A DNA stretch of 64,000 nucleotides from an uncultured bacterium (GTDB lineage Bacteria > Auribacterota > Erginobacteria > Erginobacterales > CAZKCI01), in contig CAZKCI010000064.1 in the NCBI GenBank assembly GCA_964551475.1, forward strand, positions 19,643-83,642, given 5' to 3'. Below, in pieces: positions 48,162-57,910 of the stretch. The notes under the pieces were generated by a model that was given only the letters and a program-made list of their open reading frames with translations, made no database searches and was not told the origin of the DNA. Numbering within the stretch: the stretch's first letter is position 1; the number at the start of each line of letters is the position of its first letter. A program made the translations under genes and the position numbers.

Positions 48162-48860
48162 CTGGACGGTTTTCTCCTCGTCGACAAACCCCCCGGCATC
48201 ACTTCCTACGGTGTGGTCGACCGGCTGAAAAAGCGCTTCCGGCCCGGCCGCATCGGCCACGGGGGAAGCCTGGACCCGCTGGCCACGGGGCTTCTGGTGG
48301 TGATGCTGGGGAAGGCGACCTCGTCCGCTTCGTCACTGCTCGGGGGGGACAAGGAGTATCTGGCCGATGTGCGCCTGGGCCTAGCCACCGACACACAGGA
48401 CATCAGCGGGCGCACTCTCTCCGAAAAGGATCCCTCGTCCGTGACCCGGGAAGGACTGGCGGAGGCGCTCCGGGCTTTCCGCGGCGAGATCGAGCAGATC
48501 CCGCCGATGTTCTCGGCCCTGAAAAGCCACGGCGAGCGCCTCTACGATCTGGCCCGGCGGGGGATAACCGTTCCCCGTCCCCCCCGCCGGGTGACGGTGC
48601 GTCAGATCGATCTTGTCGATTTTGTTCCTCCGGTCGCCCGGATCCGGGTGCTCTGTTCCAAGGGAACCTACATCCGGACGCTGGCCAGCGATCTGGGCGA
48701 GCGCTTGGGAGTGGGCGCCTGCCTGTCGGCGCTGAGACGGACAGCCTCCTTCCCGTACCTGGTCGGTGACGCGCTGGAGCTGGAACGTCTATTGGCCATG
48801 TCCAAAGAGGAGTTCGAAGCAAGACTTATACAGCCGGAGGGATCACAGGTTGCACGATAA
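48162..48860 (+). CDS. truB: tRNA pseudouridine(55) synthase TruB (probable non-canonical CTG start; the first in-frame GTG at 48213 would delete the conserved N-terminus)
   Basis: In-frame upstream translation LDGFLLVDKPPGITSYGVVDRLKKRF… matches the TruB N-terminal motif. The catalytic region GHGGSLDPLATGLLVVMLGKAT is present. No ATG/GTG/TTG lies in frame upstream. Confidence 0.7.
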   Translation: MDGFLLVDKPPGITSYGVVDRLKKRFRPGRIGHGGSLDPLATGLLVVMLGKATSSASSLLGGDKEYLADVRLGLATDTQDISGRTLSEKDPSSVTREGLAEALRAFRGEIEQIPPMFSALKSHGERLYDLARRGITVPRPPRRVTVRQIDLVDFVPPVARIRVLCSKGTYIRTLASDLGERLGVGACLSALRRTASFPYLVGDALELERLLAMSKEEFEARLIQPEGSQVAR

Positions 48861-48861
48861 T

Positions 48862-48997
48862 CGGGTTCAGCGGTTCACGGTTCAGCGGTTCAGCGGTTCA
48901 ACGGTTGGAAAAATAACCGTGAACCGCTGAACCGTGAACCGCTGAACCTCTGAACCTCTGAACCGTTGAACCGTGAACCGTTGAACCTTTGAACCCT
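48862..48997 (+). repeat. ~135-nt inverted repeat of 8-9-mer units: (GGTTCANCG)x5 - loop aaaaataa - (CNNTGAACC)x~9
   Basis: It starts 2 bp after the truB stop and ends ~18 nt before the ribF ATG. It has the same architecture as 37399-37547. Confidence 0.85.
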
Positions 48998-49014
48998 GGC
49001 TGCATAGACATGCA

Positions 49015-49962
49015 ATGAAGGTTTATAACTCCATTACTCCTCGTTCTTCGCGGTCTCCGCTGGTTATCGGAATCGGAACCTTCGACGGCGTCCATCGCGG
49101 GCACCGGGCGGTCCTCTCCGCCGTCCGCCGACTGGCCGGACAGTCCGGAGTTTCCGGCGTGATCGCCTTCCGCGTCCCCCCGCGGCATGTGGTCGGGGCG
49201 GGCGGAGAGGAGTGCCTGACCACGCCGGCCCAGCGCCGGGAACTGTTCCAGAAAACGGGCGTGGACGTCTGCTGGCTCCTCGACTTCGACCGCCGTTTTT
49301 CGCGTCTTTCCGCGGACGATTTCGTGCGCCGCGAGCTCGCCCAGAAGCTCAGGATCTCCGGCGTCTGCGTGGGGGAGGGATTCCGTTTCGGGCGGGGGAG
49401 GGGGGGGACGGTCGCTCTCCTCCGCCGTCTGGGCGCGGAACTCGGGTTCCGTGTCCGGGAGGTAAGGGCGGTGCGCGCGGGCGGCCGCCGTGTCTCCAGC
49501 ACGCGCATCCGCCGTCTTCTCGCCCGGGGGGACGTCCGTTCCGCCGCCCGCTGCCTGGGGAGAGACTACGTTCTCACCGGGAAGGTCGTGGGCGGGCGCG
49601 GCCAGGGGCGTTCTCTCGGCTATCCCACGGCCAACTTCATCCCCGAGCAGATGCTTCCCCGTCCCGGCGTCTACGCCGCCCGGATCGAGTCCGGTGGCCT
49701 CCGCCGGAGCGGGATGTTCTATCTTGGCCGCCGTCCGACACTGCCCGGGCGCCGGCCGGGAGAGGTCGTAGCCGAAGCCCATCTCTTCGATTTCGCCGGA
49801 AACCTCTACGGGAGGCGGATAAAAGTCTTCTTGAAAAGGCGCCTGCGAAGGGATATAAAGTTCAAAACCATAACGGCCCTCCTCGGGCAGATCCGGCGCG
49901 ATGAGACGCGCGCCCGCTTCTCCGCAAAGAGACTGAGCCGCCGCAAAGGAGATAACGCATGA
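49015..49962 (+). CDS. ribF: Bifunctional riboflavin kinase / FMN adenylyltransferase
   Basis: IGTFDGVHRGH adenylyltransferase motif and a C-terminal riboflavin kinase domain (…GRGQGRSLGYPTANF…). Confidence 0.85.
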   Translation: MKVYNSITPRSSRSPLVIGIGTFDGVHRGHRAVLSAVRRLAGQSGVSGVIAFRVPPRHVVGAGGEECLTTPAQRRELFQKTGVDVCWLLDFDRRFSRLSADDFVRRELAQKLRISGVCVGEGFRFGRGRGGTVALLRRLGAELGFRVREVRAVRAGGRRVSSTRIRRLLARGDVRSAARCLGRDYVLTGKVVGGRGQGRSLGYPTANFIPEQMLPRPGVYAARIESGGLRRSGMFYLGRRPTLPGRRPGEVVAEAHLFDFAGNLYGRRIKVFLKRRLRRDIKFKTITALLGQIRRDETRARFSAKRLSRRKGDNA

Positions 49963-50228
49963 GTCTGAGCACCGAGAAGAAAAAGACGGTCATCGACGCC
50001 TACGGCGCCAAAGGCGGGGACACCGGGTCCCCGGAAGTGCAGGTTGCCCTGATCACCGAGCGGATCAACGAGCTGACCGCCCACATGAAGACCCATCAGA
50101 AGGACAACCGTTCCCAGCGGGCCCTGGTGGAGCTGGTTTCGACGCGCCAGCGCCATCTCACCTATCTGAAGCGGACGTCGCTGGCCCGCTACCACGGGCT
50201 GGTCGAGAAGCTGGGACTGAGAAAGTAA
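49959..50228 (+). CDS. rpsO: 30S ribosomal protein S15
   Basis: MSLSTEKKKTVIDAYGAKGGDTGSPEVQVALITERINELTAHMKTHQKDNRSQRALV… canonical S15. Confidence 0.9.
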   Translation: MSLSTEKKKTVIDAYGAKGGDTGSPEVQVALITERINELTAHMKTHQKDNRSQRALVELVSTRQRHLTYLKRTSLARYHGLVEKLGLRK

Positions 50229-50281
50229 ATCGAGCATAGACGGCCGGGGGAGAGCCCCGGAGAAAAGAGAGAGAGGAAAGT

Positions 50282-52408
50282 ATGGAATTCAAGGCTAGTT
50301 ACAAAGCAGGGGACAAGGACTATACGATCGCCACCGGCGCTTTGGCCCGGCAGGCCGACGGGGCGGTGACGGTGTCCTGCGGGGGAACGGTGGTGCTGGT
50401 CACCGCGGTGGCCGACAAGGAAGGGGAGCCGGTGCTGGACATGCTCCCCCTGACTGTGGATTACCGCGAAAAAGTCTCCGCCGCCGGGAAGATCCCGGGC
50501 GGATTTTTCAAGCGCGAAGGCCGGCCGACCGAGAAGGAGACGCTGACCGCCCGCCTGATCGACCGCCCCCTGCGCCCGCTCTTTCCCAAGGGGATGGGGA
50601 ACGACATCCAGATCATTGCCTGGGTCCTCTCCGCCGACGGCGAGAACGATCCCGACATCCTCTGCCTGAACGGGGCCTCGGCCGCGCTGATGGTCTCCGG
50701 CATCCCCTTCGCCGGCCCGGTGGGCGCGGTCCAGGTGGGGATGATCGACGGCAAGTTCATCATCAACCCCACCAGCAAGGAGATGGACCAGAGCGATCTG
50801 GACATCGTCGTCGCCGGCTCCCCCGAGGTCATCTACATGGTCGAGGGCGGGGCCGAGGTCGTCCCCGAGGAGACGGTGCTCAAGGCGATCATGGCCGGCC
50901 ACGAGGCGCTGAAAAGCTCCTGCCGGGCCCAGATCGAGCTCCGCGGGAAGGTCAACCCCCAGCCCTACTCTTTTGAGCTTCACGTGCCTCCCGCGGAGCT
51001 GGTGGAGAAGGTCCGCCAGGCGATCGCCTCCGAAATCGTCGCGGTCCTGACCATCAAGGAGAAGCTGAAGCGCGCCGCCGCCACGGACAAGCTGAAGAAG
51101 GCGACGGCCTTGAAGCTCCAGATCGGCGACACCGAGCAGGAGCAGTGGGCTTTTTCCTCGGCTTTCACCGCCGCTCAGAAGTACCACATGCGCCGGATGA
51201 TCCTGGACCAGAACCTCCGCAGCGACGGCCGCGACCCGGAGCAGATCCGCCCGATCACCGCCCAGGTCGGCGTCTTCCCCCGCACCCACGGTTCCGCCGT
51301 CTTCACCCGCGGAGAGACCCAGGCCCTGGTCATCAGCACGCTGGGGACCAAGTCCGATCAGCAGAGGGTGGAGGGGCTGGAGGAGGAGAGGCGCAAGCGC
51401 TTCATGCTCCACTACAACTTCCCGCCCTTCTGCACCGGCGAGACCAGGCCCAACCGCGGCCCCAAGCGCCGGGAGATCGGCCACGGCCACTTGGCCGAGC
51501 GGTCGCTGGCCCCGGTCCTTCCCTCGGAAGAGGAATTTCCCTACACCATCCGGGTGGTCTCCGACATCCTCTCCTCCAACGGCTCATCCTCGATGGCCTC
51601 GATCTGCGGCGGCTCGCTCTCCCTGATGGACGCGGGCGTGCCGATCAAGGACGCGGTGGCCGGGATCGCCATGGGACTGCTTCTTCAAGAAGGCAAGACC
51701 GTGATCCTGACCGACATCCTGGGCTCCGAGGACGCCTTGGGGGACATGGACTTCAAGGTGGCCGGGACCAAGGACGGCATCACCGGCCTGCAGATGGACA
51801 TCAAGGTCGGGGGGATCACGGAGGAGGTCATGAAGCAGGCCCTCGCCCGCGCCCGTTCCGCCCGTCTCCGGATCCTGGAGATCATGAACGGCGTGCAGTC
51901 CACGGCGCGCGCCGAGATCTCGCCCTACGCGCCCAAGATCCTCTCCCTCCAGATCGATCCGGAAAAGATCGGCCTGGTGATTGGTCCCAAGGGCAAGAAC
52001 ATCAAGGCCCTGGAAAAGACCGGGAGCGGAGTGACGATCGAGATCGAGGACACCGGACAGATCATGGTCTCGTCCTCCGATCTCGACGCGGCGAAAAGGG
52101 TCAAGGCCGCGATCGAGGCCATGGTCGAGGATGTGGAAGTGGGCGATATCTACACGGGCAAGGTGGTCAGCATCAAGGCCTTCGGCGCCTTCGTGGAGAT
52201 CGTCCCCGGCAAGGAGGGGCTGGTCCACATCTCGGAGCTGGCGGAGGAGAGAGTGGCCAAGGTGGAGGACGTGGTCAAGGAAGGGGACGAGGTCCAGGTC
52301 AAGGTGATCAACATCGACAACCTCGGCCGGATCAAGCTGAGCCGGAAACAGGCGCTCCCGGAGGACAAGCGGAAGCAAGCCGACACCTCCGCCCCGCGCC
52401 GGCGGTAG
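50282..52408 (+). CDS. pnp: Polyribonucleotide nucleotidyltransferase (PNPase)
   Basis: Two RNase PH domains, a KH domain (…[14 protein letters not shown]…) and a C-terminal S1 domain. A hairpin (GGCCGGGGGAGAGCCCCGG) in the rpsO-pnp spacer resembles the known pnp leader processing stem. Confidence 0.95.
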   Translation: MEFKASYKAGDKDYTIATGALARQADGAVTVSCGGTVVLVTAVADKEGEPVLDMLPLTVDYREKVSAAGKIPGGFFKREGRPTEKETLTARLIDRPLRPLFPKGMGNDIQIIAWVLSADGENDPDILCLNGASAALMVSGIPFAGPVGAVQVGMIDGKFIINPTSKEMDQSDLDIVVAGSPEVIYMVEGGAEVVPEETVLKAIMAGHEALKSSCRAQIELRGKVNPQPYSFELHVPPAELVEKVRQAIASEIVAVLTIKEKLKRAAATDKLKKATALKLQIGDTEQEQWAFSSAFTAAQKYHMRRMILDQNLRSDGRDPEQIRPITAQVGVFPRTHGSAVFTRGETQALVISTLGTKSDQQRVEGLEEERRKRFMLHYNFPPFCTGETRPNRGPKRREIGHGHLAERSLAPVLPSEEEFPYTIRVVSDILSSNGSSSMASICGGSLSLMDAGVPIKDAVAGIAMGLLLQEGKTVILTDILGSEDALGDMDFKVAGTKDGITGLQMDIKVGGITEEVMKQALARARSARLRILEIMNGVQSTARAEISPYAPKILSLQIDPEKIGLVIGPKGKNIKALEKTGSGVTIEIEDTGQIMVSSSDLDAAKRVKAAIEAMVEDVEVGDIYTGKVVSIKAFGAFVEIVPGKEGLVHISELAEERVAKVEDVVKEGDEVQVKVINIDNLGRIKLSRKQALPEDKRKQADTSAPRRR

Positions 52409-52524
52409 TTCTCTCCCCGCCGCCTCTTGGGGGGCGGGAAGAGGATCGGTTTGAACAATGACGGCGCCGGCCGTTCCCGTCCGCCCGGGCGGGGCGTCGG
52501 CGCCGTTTCGCTTCTATCTCGACG

Positions 52525-54942
52525 ATGAGCGCGGACAGACGCTTCGCGCCGGCGTTCGGCCTTCTCCTGATCGCCGGGGCCATATTCATCGCGGTCAGCC
52601 TCTTCTCCTATCAGCCGGGAGACGCCGGCCATGCCGCCTCCGCGGGACCCGTCTACAACTACGGGGGCCGGGTGGGGGCCCAGATCGCGCTCTATCTTCT
52701 CCTCATCCTGGGCTACGGCGCCTGGGCCCTGCCGGTTACCTTGCTCGCCGAGGGATGCTTCCTGATCTTCTCCTCCCGGTCCCGTTCAGTCCTGGTCACT
52801 CTCCTCTACGAGTTCGCCGCGCTGGCCTCCTTCTCCGGCCTCTGGGGGCTCAGAAGGGATGTCCCTCCCCGCGCCCTGGGCTGGCAGCTGGAGCGGGTGG
52901 GCTGGGGGGGATACTGGGGGAGGGAAGCGAGCGGCTTCCTGCTTTCCAACCTCGGACTGATCGGCGCCCGCATCATCCTGCTCACCGTCTTCGTCCTTTC
53001 CGTCCTCCTGCTCACCGACATGAAGCCGCTCTATTGGTCGTTCGGCTTCATCCGCCGGGCGGTCCTCTTTGCCCGCTCGCTCCTCCCCTCCGGGCGGGTG
53101 GTCAAGGTCGGGCGGACGCCCGCCCGCTCGCCTCCGGCCGCGGCGAAGGCCCTCCCCCGCCGCGCCGACGAGGAGCGGAGGAAGGAGCGGGAGGCCCTGG
53201 CGAAGAAGCAGGAGGAGCTCCGGCGCAAGGCCAAGGAGCTCGAGGTTCTCAAGGCCCGCGAGAAGAAGGAGGCGGAGGAGAGGCGCCGCCGGGAGGAGGA
53301 GGAGGCCCGGGAAAAGGCGCGGGCGGAGAAGGATCGCCGCGCCCGGGAGGCCGAACGGGAGAAGGAGCGGGAGAAACAGGAAAAGCGTCGGGAGGCGGAG
53401 GCCGCCCGGCGGAAACGCGCCGCCGCGGTTCCGGCCGGCGCCCCGGTCCGGACGGCCGTCGCCACGCCGGGAGGCGTCTACCGCCTCCCCACGGCCGACC
53501 TCCTGATCCAGCCGCCGCCGCTGGCCGACCGCGAGCTCAAGGACGACATCGACGTCAACTCCAAGATCCTGGAGTCCACGCTCCAGGACTTCGGGATCGA
53601 GGCGAAGGTGGTGGGGGCGGAGCGGGGGCCGGCGATCACCCGCTACGAGCTCCAGCCCGCGCCCGGCGTCAAGGTCCAGAAGGTCAAGACGCTCGACAAC
53701 GACATCGCCCTGGCCATGAAGGCGATCTCGATCCGGATCCTCGCCCCCATCCCCGGCAAGGCGGCGATCGGGATCGAGGTCCCCAACTCCTCGACGGCAC
53801 TCGTCTACGTCAAGGAGATGATCGAGTCGGAGGAGTTCCGGGACCCCAAGATGCTGCTCCCCCTGGCCCTGGGCAAGGACATCGCCGGGAAGCCGCTGGT
53901 GGCCGACCTCACCGACATGCCCCACCTCCTGATCGCCGGGGCCACCGGTTCGGGCAAGACCGTCTGCATGAACGCGGTGATCGTGAGCCTCCTCTTCGCC
54001 CGGACGCCGGACGAGCTGAAGATGATCCTGGTCGACCCCAAGAAGGTGGAGATGACCGCCTACGGGCGCCTCCCCCATCTCCTCTGCCCGGTGGTCACCG
54101 ACGCGGTGAAGACCTCTCTCGCCCTGTCCTGGCTGGTCAAGGAGATGGAGAGCCGCTACGATCTCTTCGCCCGGGTGGGGGCGCGGAACATCGAGGGCTA
54201 CCAACGCGCCTCCAAGGACGTTCCCCTCAAGGAAGGGGAGGAGCCTCTCCCGGCGACCATCCCCTACATCCTCTTGATGATCGACGAGCTGGCGGACCTG
54301 ATGCTGGCCGCCCAGACCGAGATCGAGAACCAGATCGCCCGCCTCGCCCACCTCTCCCGGGCGGTGGGGATCCACATGATCCTCGCCACCCAGCGCCCCT
54401 CGGTCGACGTGATCACCGGCATCATCAAGGCCAACTTCCCGGCCCGCCTCTCCTTCAAGGTCTCGGCCAAGGTCGACTCCCGCACCGTCCTCGATACCTC
54501 GGGGGCGGACAAGCTCTTGGGCAACGGCGACCTCCTCTTCCTCCCTCCCGGCACGAGCCGCCTGATCCGGGCCCAGGGGACTCTCTGCCACGACTCCGAG
54601 ATCGAGGCGGTGGTCGGCTTCGTCAACCGCCAGCGCGAGCCCCAGTTCCGGGCGGAGATCCTGCAGAGGGCTCCGGGCGGGGGGGCGGGGGGGATCGCAA
54701 TGGGCGGGGGGGAGGACATCCTCCTCGAGGCGGCGGTCGAGGTGATCAAGCAGACCGGGCGGGCCTCGGTCTCGGTCCTCCAGAGGAAGCTCAAGATCGG
54801 CTATTCCCGGGCCTCCCGGATCGTTGATATACTGGAAGAGAGGGGCGTGGTCGGACCCTTCCAGGGTTCCAAGGAGCGCGAGGTCTTGATCGACACCTAC
54901 GCCGGGTCGGCGCCGTCCGGCGACAAGGACGAGGAAGAATGA
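52525..54942 (+). CDS. ftsK: DNA translocase FtsK/SpoIIIE
   Basis: N-terminal 4-TM domain and a Pro/Glu/Arg-rich linker. The motor has Walker A GATGSGKT and Walker [12 protein letters not shown]-terminal gamma winged-helix domain. Confidence 0.9.
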   Translation: MSADRRFAPAFGLLLIAGAIFIAVSLFSYQPGDAGHAASAGPVYNYGGRVGAQIALYLLLILGYGAWALPVTLLAEGCFLIFSSRSRSVLVTLLYEFAALASFSGLWGLRRDVPPRALGWQLERVGWGGYWGREASGFLLSNLGLIGARIILLTVFVLSVLLLTDMKPLYWSFGFIRRAVLFARSLLPSGRVVKVGRTPARSPPAAAKALPRRADEERRKEREALAKKQEELRRKAKELEVLKAREKKEAEERRRREEEEAREKARAEKDRRAREAEREKEREKQEKRREAEAARRKRAAAVPAGAPVRTAVATPGGVYRLPTADLLIQPPPLADRELKDDIDVNSKILESTLQDFGIEAKVVGAERGPAITRYELQPAPGVKVQKVKTLDNDIALAMKAISIRILAPIPGKAAIGIEVPNSSTALVYVKEMIESEEFRDPKMLLPLALGKDIAGKPLVADLTDMPHLLIAGATGSGKTVCMNAVIVSLLFARTPDELKMILVDPKKVEMTAYGRLPHLLCPVVTDAVKTSLALSWLVKEMESRYDLFARVGARNIEGYQRASKDVPLKEGEEPLPATIPYILLMIDELADLMLAAQTEIENQIARLAHLSRAVGIHMILATQRPSVDVITGIIKANFPARLSFKVSAKVDSRTVLDTSGADKLLGNGDLLFLPPGTSRLIRAQGTLCHDSEIEAVVGFVNRQREPQFRAEILQRAPGGGAGGIAMGGGEDILLEAAVEVIKQTGRASVSVLQRKLKIGYSRASRIVDILEERGVVGPFQGSKEREVLIDTYAGSAPSGDKDEEE

Positions 54943-55439
54943 GCGGCCTCCACGATCTCGGTTCGTCCCTGAAGAAGGCGCGGGAGGCGAAGGGGGCGAC
55001 TCTTCCCGAGGCCGCCGCCTCGACCAAGATCAAGCTCTCCTACCTGGAGGCGCTGGAGAACAATCTTCTCGACAATCTCCCCCCTCACGCCTACGTCAAG
55101 GGGTTCCTCAAGATCTATACCCACTACCTGGGCATGCCGTCGGAGCCGATCCTCCTCGCCTTCGACCAGGCGACGGGCGCGGAGGAGCCGGAGATGGTCC
55201 TCGTCCCCTCGCGTCCTGACCAGGCGGTCCCCTGGCTTCCGAAGATCCGCTGGGCGGCGGCCCTCCAGGCCCTGGCGGGTCTCCTGGTGGCGGGACTCCT
55301 CGCCTGGGGCGTGATCAAGCTGATCCGGGGGGAGAAGATCATGGAGACGCCGACCGAAGGCTTCTCCCTGATCACCGACCCCTACTCTCCGGAGACGGTG
55401 CAGAAGCTGCCGCTCCCCGCCGCGCCCGCCCCCCGCTGA
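54939..55439 (+). CDS. RodZ-like cytoskeletal protein (N-terminal XRE-type HTH, single TM)
   Basis: HTH (…LPEAAASTKIKLSYLEALE…), the DUF4115-like …HAYVKGFLKIYTHYLG… and a TM segment (AAALQALAGLLVAGLLAWGVI). ATGA overlap with ftsK. Confidence 0.55.
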   Translation: MSGLHDLGSSLKKAREAKGATLPEAAASTKIKLSYLEALENNLLDNLPPHAYVKGFLKIYTHYLGMPSEPILLAFDQATGAEEPEMVLVPSRPDQAVPWLPKIRWAAALQALAGLLVAGLLAWGVIKLIRGEKIMETPTEGFSLITDPYSPETVQKLPLPAAPAPR

Positions 55440-55447
55440 AGATTTCC

Positions 55448-55677
55448 ACGAATTGACACGAATTTTCACGAATTAGGCTTGGCCCGGCTCGGCATTTTAA
55501 CCCGCGAATAACGCGCCTGCCCGCCGCAGCGCATAGCGCGGAGGCGGGAATAGCGCGCGAAGGGGTTCGATTTGAACGGTTTCAACGTCTTCAACGATTT
55601 CAACGGCCGTTCAGTCGGTCACGTGTAACGTGTAACGATTTCAACGACTGCAACGATTTTAACGTCTTCAACGCTTC
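55448..55677 (+). repeat. Composite repeat region upstream of rimO: (CACGAATT)x3, CGCGAATA/GCGCATAG/GGGAATAGCGCGCG motifs, then a ~10-unit 9-mer array (NNTTCAACG)
   Basis: …gatttccacgaattgacacgaattttcacgaatt… and …ggtttcaacgtcttcaacgatttcaacggccgttcagtcggtcacgtgtaacgtgtaacgatttcaacgactgcaacgattttaacgtcttcaacgcttc. Confidence 0.8.
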
Positions 55678-55679
55678 TC

Positions 55680-57029
55680 ATGAAGGCCAGCACCGCTCCC
55701 GTCCCCTTCGCCCTGGTCAGCCTCGGCTGCCCCAAGAACTTCGTCGACTCGGAGGCGCTCGCGGGATCCCTCCCTCCCGATCGCTATTGCCTCACACCGC
55801 ATCTGTCGGAGGCGGAGGTGATCGTCGTCAACACCTGCGCCTTCCTTGCCTCGGCCCGCGCCGAATCGCTGGAGGCCCTGAGCAGGGCGGCCAGCTGGAA
55901 AAAGAAGAGCTGCCGGGCCTTGGTCGCGGCCGGCTGTCTGCCCCAGTTTCTGGGAAAGGACGCCGCGCGGGAAATGCCCGAGGCGGACATCATCCTCGGC
56001 CCCGGCGAGTGGCTGTCTCTCCATCGGCGTCTTTCCGCCTTCCTCGATCGCGCCGCCCGGGCGCGGCCGCTCATCCGCCGCGTTCCCGTCTTTCCTGCGG
56101 GCGAATGGGACCGTCGTCGTCTCGGCCCCTCTCACACATTCTGTCTCAAGATCGCCGACGGCTGCGATAACCGCTGCGCCTACTGCCTGATCGGCCGTCT
56201 CCGCGGTCCCTACCGGTCCCGTTCTCTTCCCGTTCTCCTCGCCGAGGCCCGGCGCCTGGCGGGGGAGGGGGGACGGGAGATTGTCCTGGTGGCCCATGAC
56301 ACGGCTTTTTACGGGCGGGAGAAGAACGGCCGTTCTCTCCTTGCCCGGCTGATCGAGGGCTTGGAGGCGATCAAGGGGATCGACTGGATCCGCCTCCTCT
56401 ATCTCCATCCCTCCCACCTCGACGGGGATTTTCTCCGGACTCTTGCCGACTCGCCCAAGTTCTGCCGCTACCTGGACATCCCCCTCCAGCACATCGACGA
56501 CCGGGTCCTTGTCCGCATGGGACGCAAATCCTCCCGCCAGAAGATCGAGCAGCTCCTCGATCTCTGCCGGAGCCTCATCCCCGGTCTCGCTCTCCGGACG
56601 ACTCTGATGACCGGTTTCCCCGGCGAGGGGGAGGAGGAGTTCCAGTCGCTCAAGGAGTTTGTCCGCTGGCAGCGTTTCGACCACCTGGGCGTCTTCGCCT
56701 TCTCTCCGGAGAAGGGGACGCGGGCGGCCTCTCTCCGTCCCCGCGTCCCCCCCCCGCTCGCCGCCCGCCGCCGTGACGAGCTGATGCGCCTGCAGAAGAG
56801 GATCTCGCGGGCGAAGTTGAAACAGCGGATCGGCGAGGAGATCGAGGCGCTGGTGGACGGCCCTTTCCCGGAGAACGGCGCGGGCCTCGTGGTCGGCCGG
56901 TCCCGCTTCCAGGCCCCCGAGGTCGACGGCCTGACCGTGGTGGAAGGGGAGGGGATGAAGCCGGGCGACCTGGTCCGCGCCCGCGTCACCGCCGCCTCCG
57001 CCTACGACCTTTACGCGCTGAAGCTGTAG
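55680..57029 (+). CDS. rimO: Ribosomal protein S12 methylthiotransferase RimO (radical-SAM MTTase with C-terminal TRAM domain)
   Basis: N-terminal MTTase Cys triad (…SLGCPKN…VVNTCAF…), radical-SAM CDNRCAYC, and a C-terminal TRAM domain. Confidence 0.85.
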   Translation: MKASTAPVPFALVSLGCPKNFVDSEALAGSLPPDRYCLTPHLSEAEVIVVNTCAFLASARAESLEALSRAASWKKKSCRALVAAGCLPQFLGKDAAREMPEADIILGPGEWLSLHRRLSAFLDRAARARPLIRRVPVFPAGEWDRRRLGPSHTFCLKIADGCDNRCAYCLIGRLRGPYRSRSLPVLLAEARRLAGEGGREIVLVAHDTAFYGREKNGRSLLARLIEGLEAIKGIDWIRLLYLHPSHLDGDFLRTLADSPKFCRYLDIPLQHIDDRVLVRMGRKSSRQKIEQLLDLCRSLIPGLALRTTLMTGFPGEGEEEFQSLKEFVRWQRFDHLGVFAFSPEKGTRAASLRPRVPPPLAARRRDELMRLQKRISRAKLKQRIGEEIEALVDGPFPENGAGLVVGRSRFQAPEVDGLTVVEGEGMKPGDLVRARVTAASAYDLYALKL

Positions 57030-57056
57030 GCCCGGTCTGCGACCGGGCGTTTTTGT
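57030..57056 (+). terminator. Rho-independent terminator GCCCGGTC-tgc-GACCGGGC-GTTTTTGTTG after rimO
   Basis: 8-bp GC stem plus a U-tract, immediately after the rimO TAG. Confidence 0.7.
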
Positions 57057-57064
57057 TGAATTTT

Positions 57065-57272
57065 TGTGGGAGCGGCGTCCTCGCCGCGATCCATGACGGC
57101 TTGGCCTTTTTAACCGCGAATTCACGCGAATAAATCGCGAATAGCCCGGATACTGATCACTGATTACTGATCACTTCTTTTTCAGTTACTGTATTCCCTG
57201 TGGGAGCGGCGTTCCTGCCGCGATTCTGTCGTTTCTTGTTTTCTGTGGGAGCGGCTTCTCGCCGCGGTCGCC
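57065..57272 (+). repeat. Three copies of a 28-nt REP-like palindromic unit (YTGTGGGAGCGGCKTYCTCGCCGCGRTY) at irregular spacing
   Basis: Copies are at ~57065-57092, 57198-57226 and 57243-57272; each contains the small hairpin GCGGCG…CGCCGC. An (ACTGATY)x3 array and (CGCGAAT)x3 motifs lie between copies. Two more copies in inverted orientation are at 59726-59791. Confidence 0.75.
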
Positions 57273-57427
57273 CGATCCCTGCGCATCGCGGGCAATTCCC
57301 CGCCCGGTCTATCGCGGGGGTAAGAAAGCCGGAAGGTTTACAGGCGTTGTACGCAACCGCCAGATTGCCAAGCGGTTAGCGGATAAATCCCCCCCCACTG
57401 TCAACCCGTTCCTCTAAAACATCGGCT

Positions 57428-57653
57428 GGATTGGACACTTTTGTACGATCGAAAAAAAGTGTCCAATCCTGAGGAAGTCAAAACGAGGAATCCCGGTTGC
57501 TCAGCATCTCAAACCGGAGAGGCATTCACGTCGAGGAACTGGGTGGATCCGGCTTGGGACACTTTCATTCCGATCGGAATGAAAGTGTCCCAACCCGAGC
57601 GGATGAGAATCAGCGTGACCGGAACAACCCTTGCCCGATCGGACAAGGGTTGT
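57428..57653. repeat. Three large palindromes with a CGATCG(G) core and TTGG(G)ACA…TGTCC(C)AA arms
   Basis: P1 57428-57469 GGATTGGACACTTTT-gtacgatcgaaa-AAAAGTGTCCAATCC. P2 57554-57593 is a perfect 40-bp palindrome TTGGGACACTTTCATTCCGATCGGAATGAAAGTGTCCCAA. P3 57624-57653 ACAACCCTTGCCCGATCGGACAAGGGTTGT. They lie in a lower-GC segment. Confidence 0.85.
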
Positions 57654-57734
57654 CCCAAGAGAGGCAAGAGATGGTGATCTGGCGCAGGAAGAAGGAGAAC
57701 CCACCCAAAACGGAAGAGAACCCCATTTTTTAGC

Positions 57735-57910
57735 TCTGGCGCCTGGCCGCAGTTTCTTCGCCAGTCTTGGCGCCGCCAGCTTCACGGTTGCCACGATCTG
57801 CCCGTAGCCCGTGCATCGGCAGAGGTTGCCGTCGATCGCCTCCCGGATCTCATGTTCGGAGGGATTGGGATTTTGGTCGAGCCCGAGTTCGATAATCGCA
57901 TCACTCTTTT
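57735..57910 (-). pseudogene. Remnant (C-terminal ~45 aa only) of a [2Fe-2S]-binding small subunit of a molybdopterin oxidoreductase (CoxS/XdhC-like)
   Basis: Minus-strand translation QKSDAIIELGLDQNPNPSEHEIREAIDGNLCRCTGYGQIVATVKLAA… contains the family-defining GNLCRCTGY motif. An in-frame stop lies immediately upstream and no N-terminal ferredoxin-like domain is present. Confidence 0.55.

Noticed and set aside
57065-57272. Possible CRISPR array (three ~28-nt palindromic repeats)
   Set aside because: Spacing between copies is irregular (about 105 and 17 nt), copies are degenerate, no cas genes are nearby, and the same unit occurs as an inverted pair elsewhere. This is REP/BIME-like, not CRISPR.
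57441-57733. Two overlapping small + strand ORFs (78 aa each) across the palindrome cluster
   Set aside because: Their sequences are dictated by the palindromes, there is no RBS, and they have an implausible composition.
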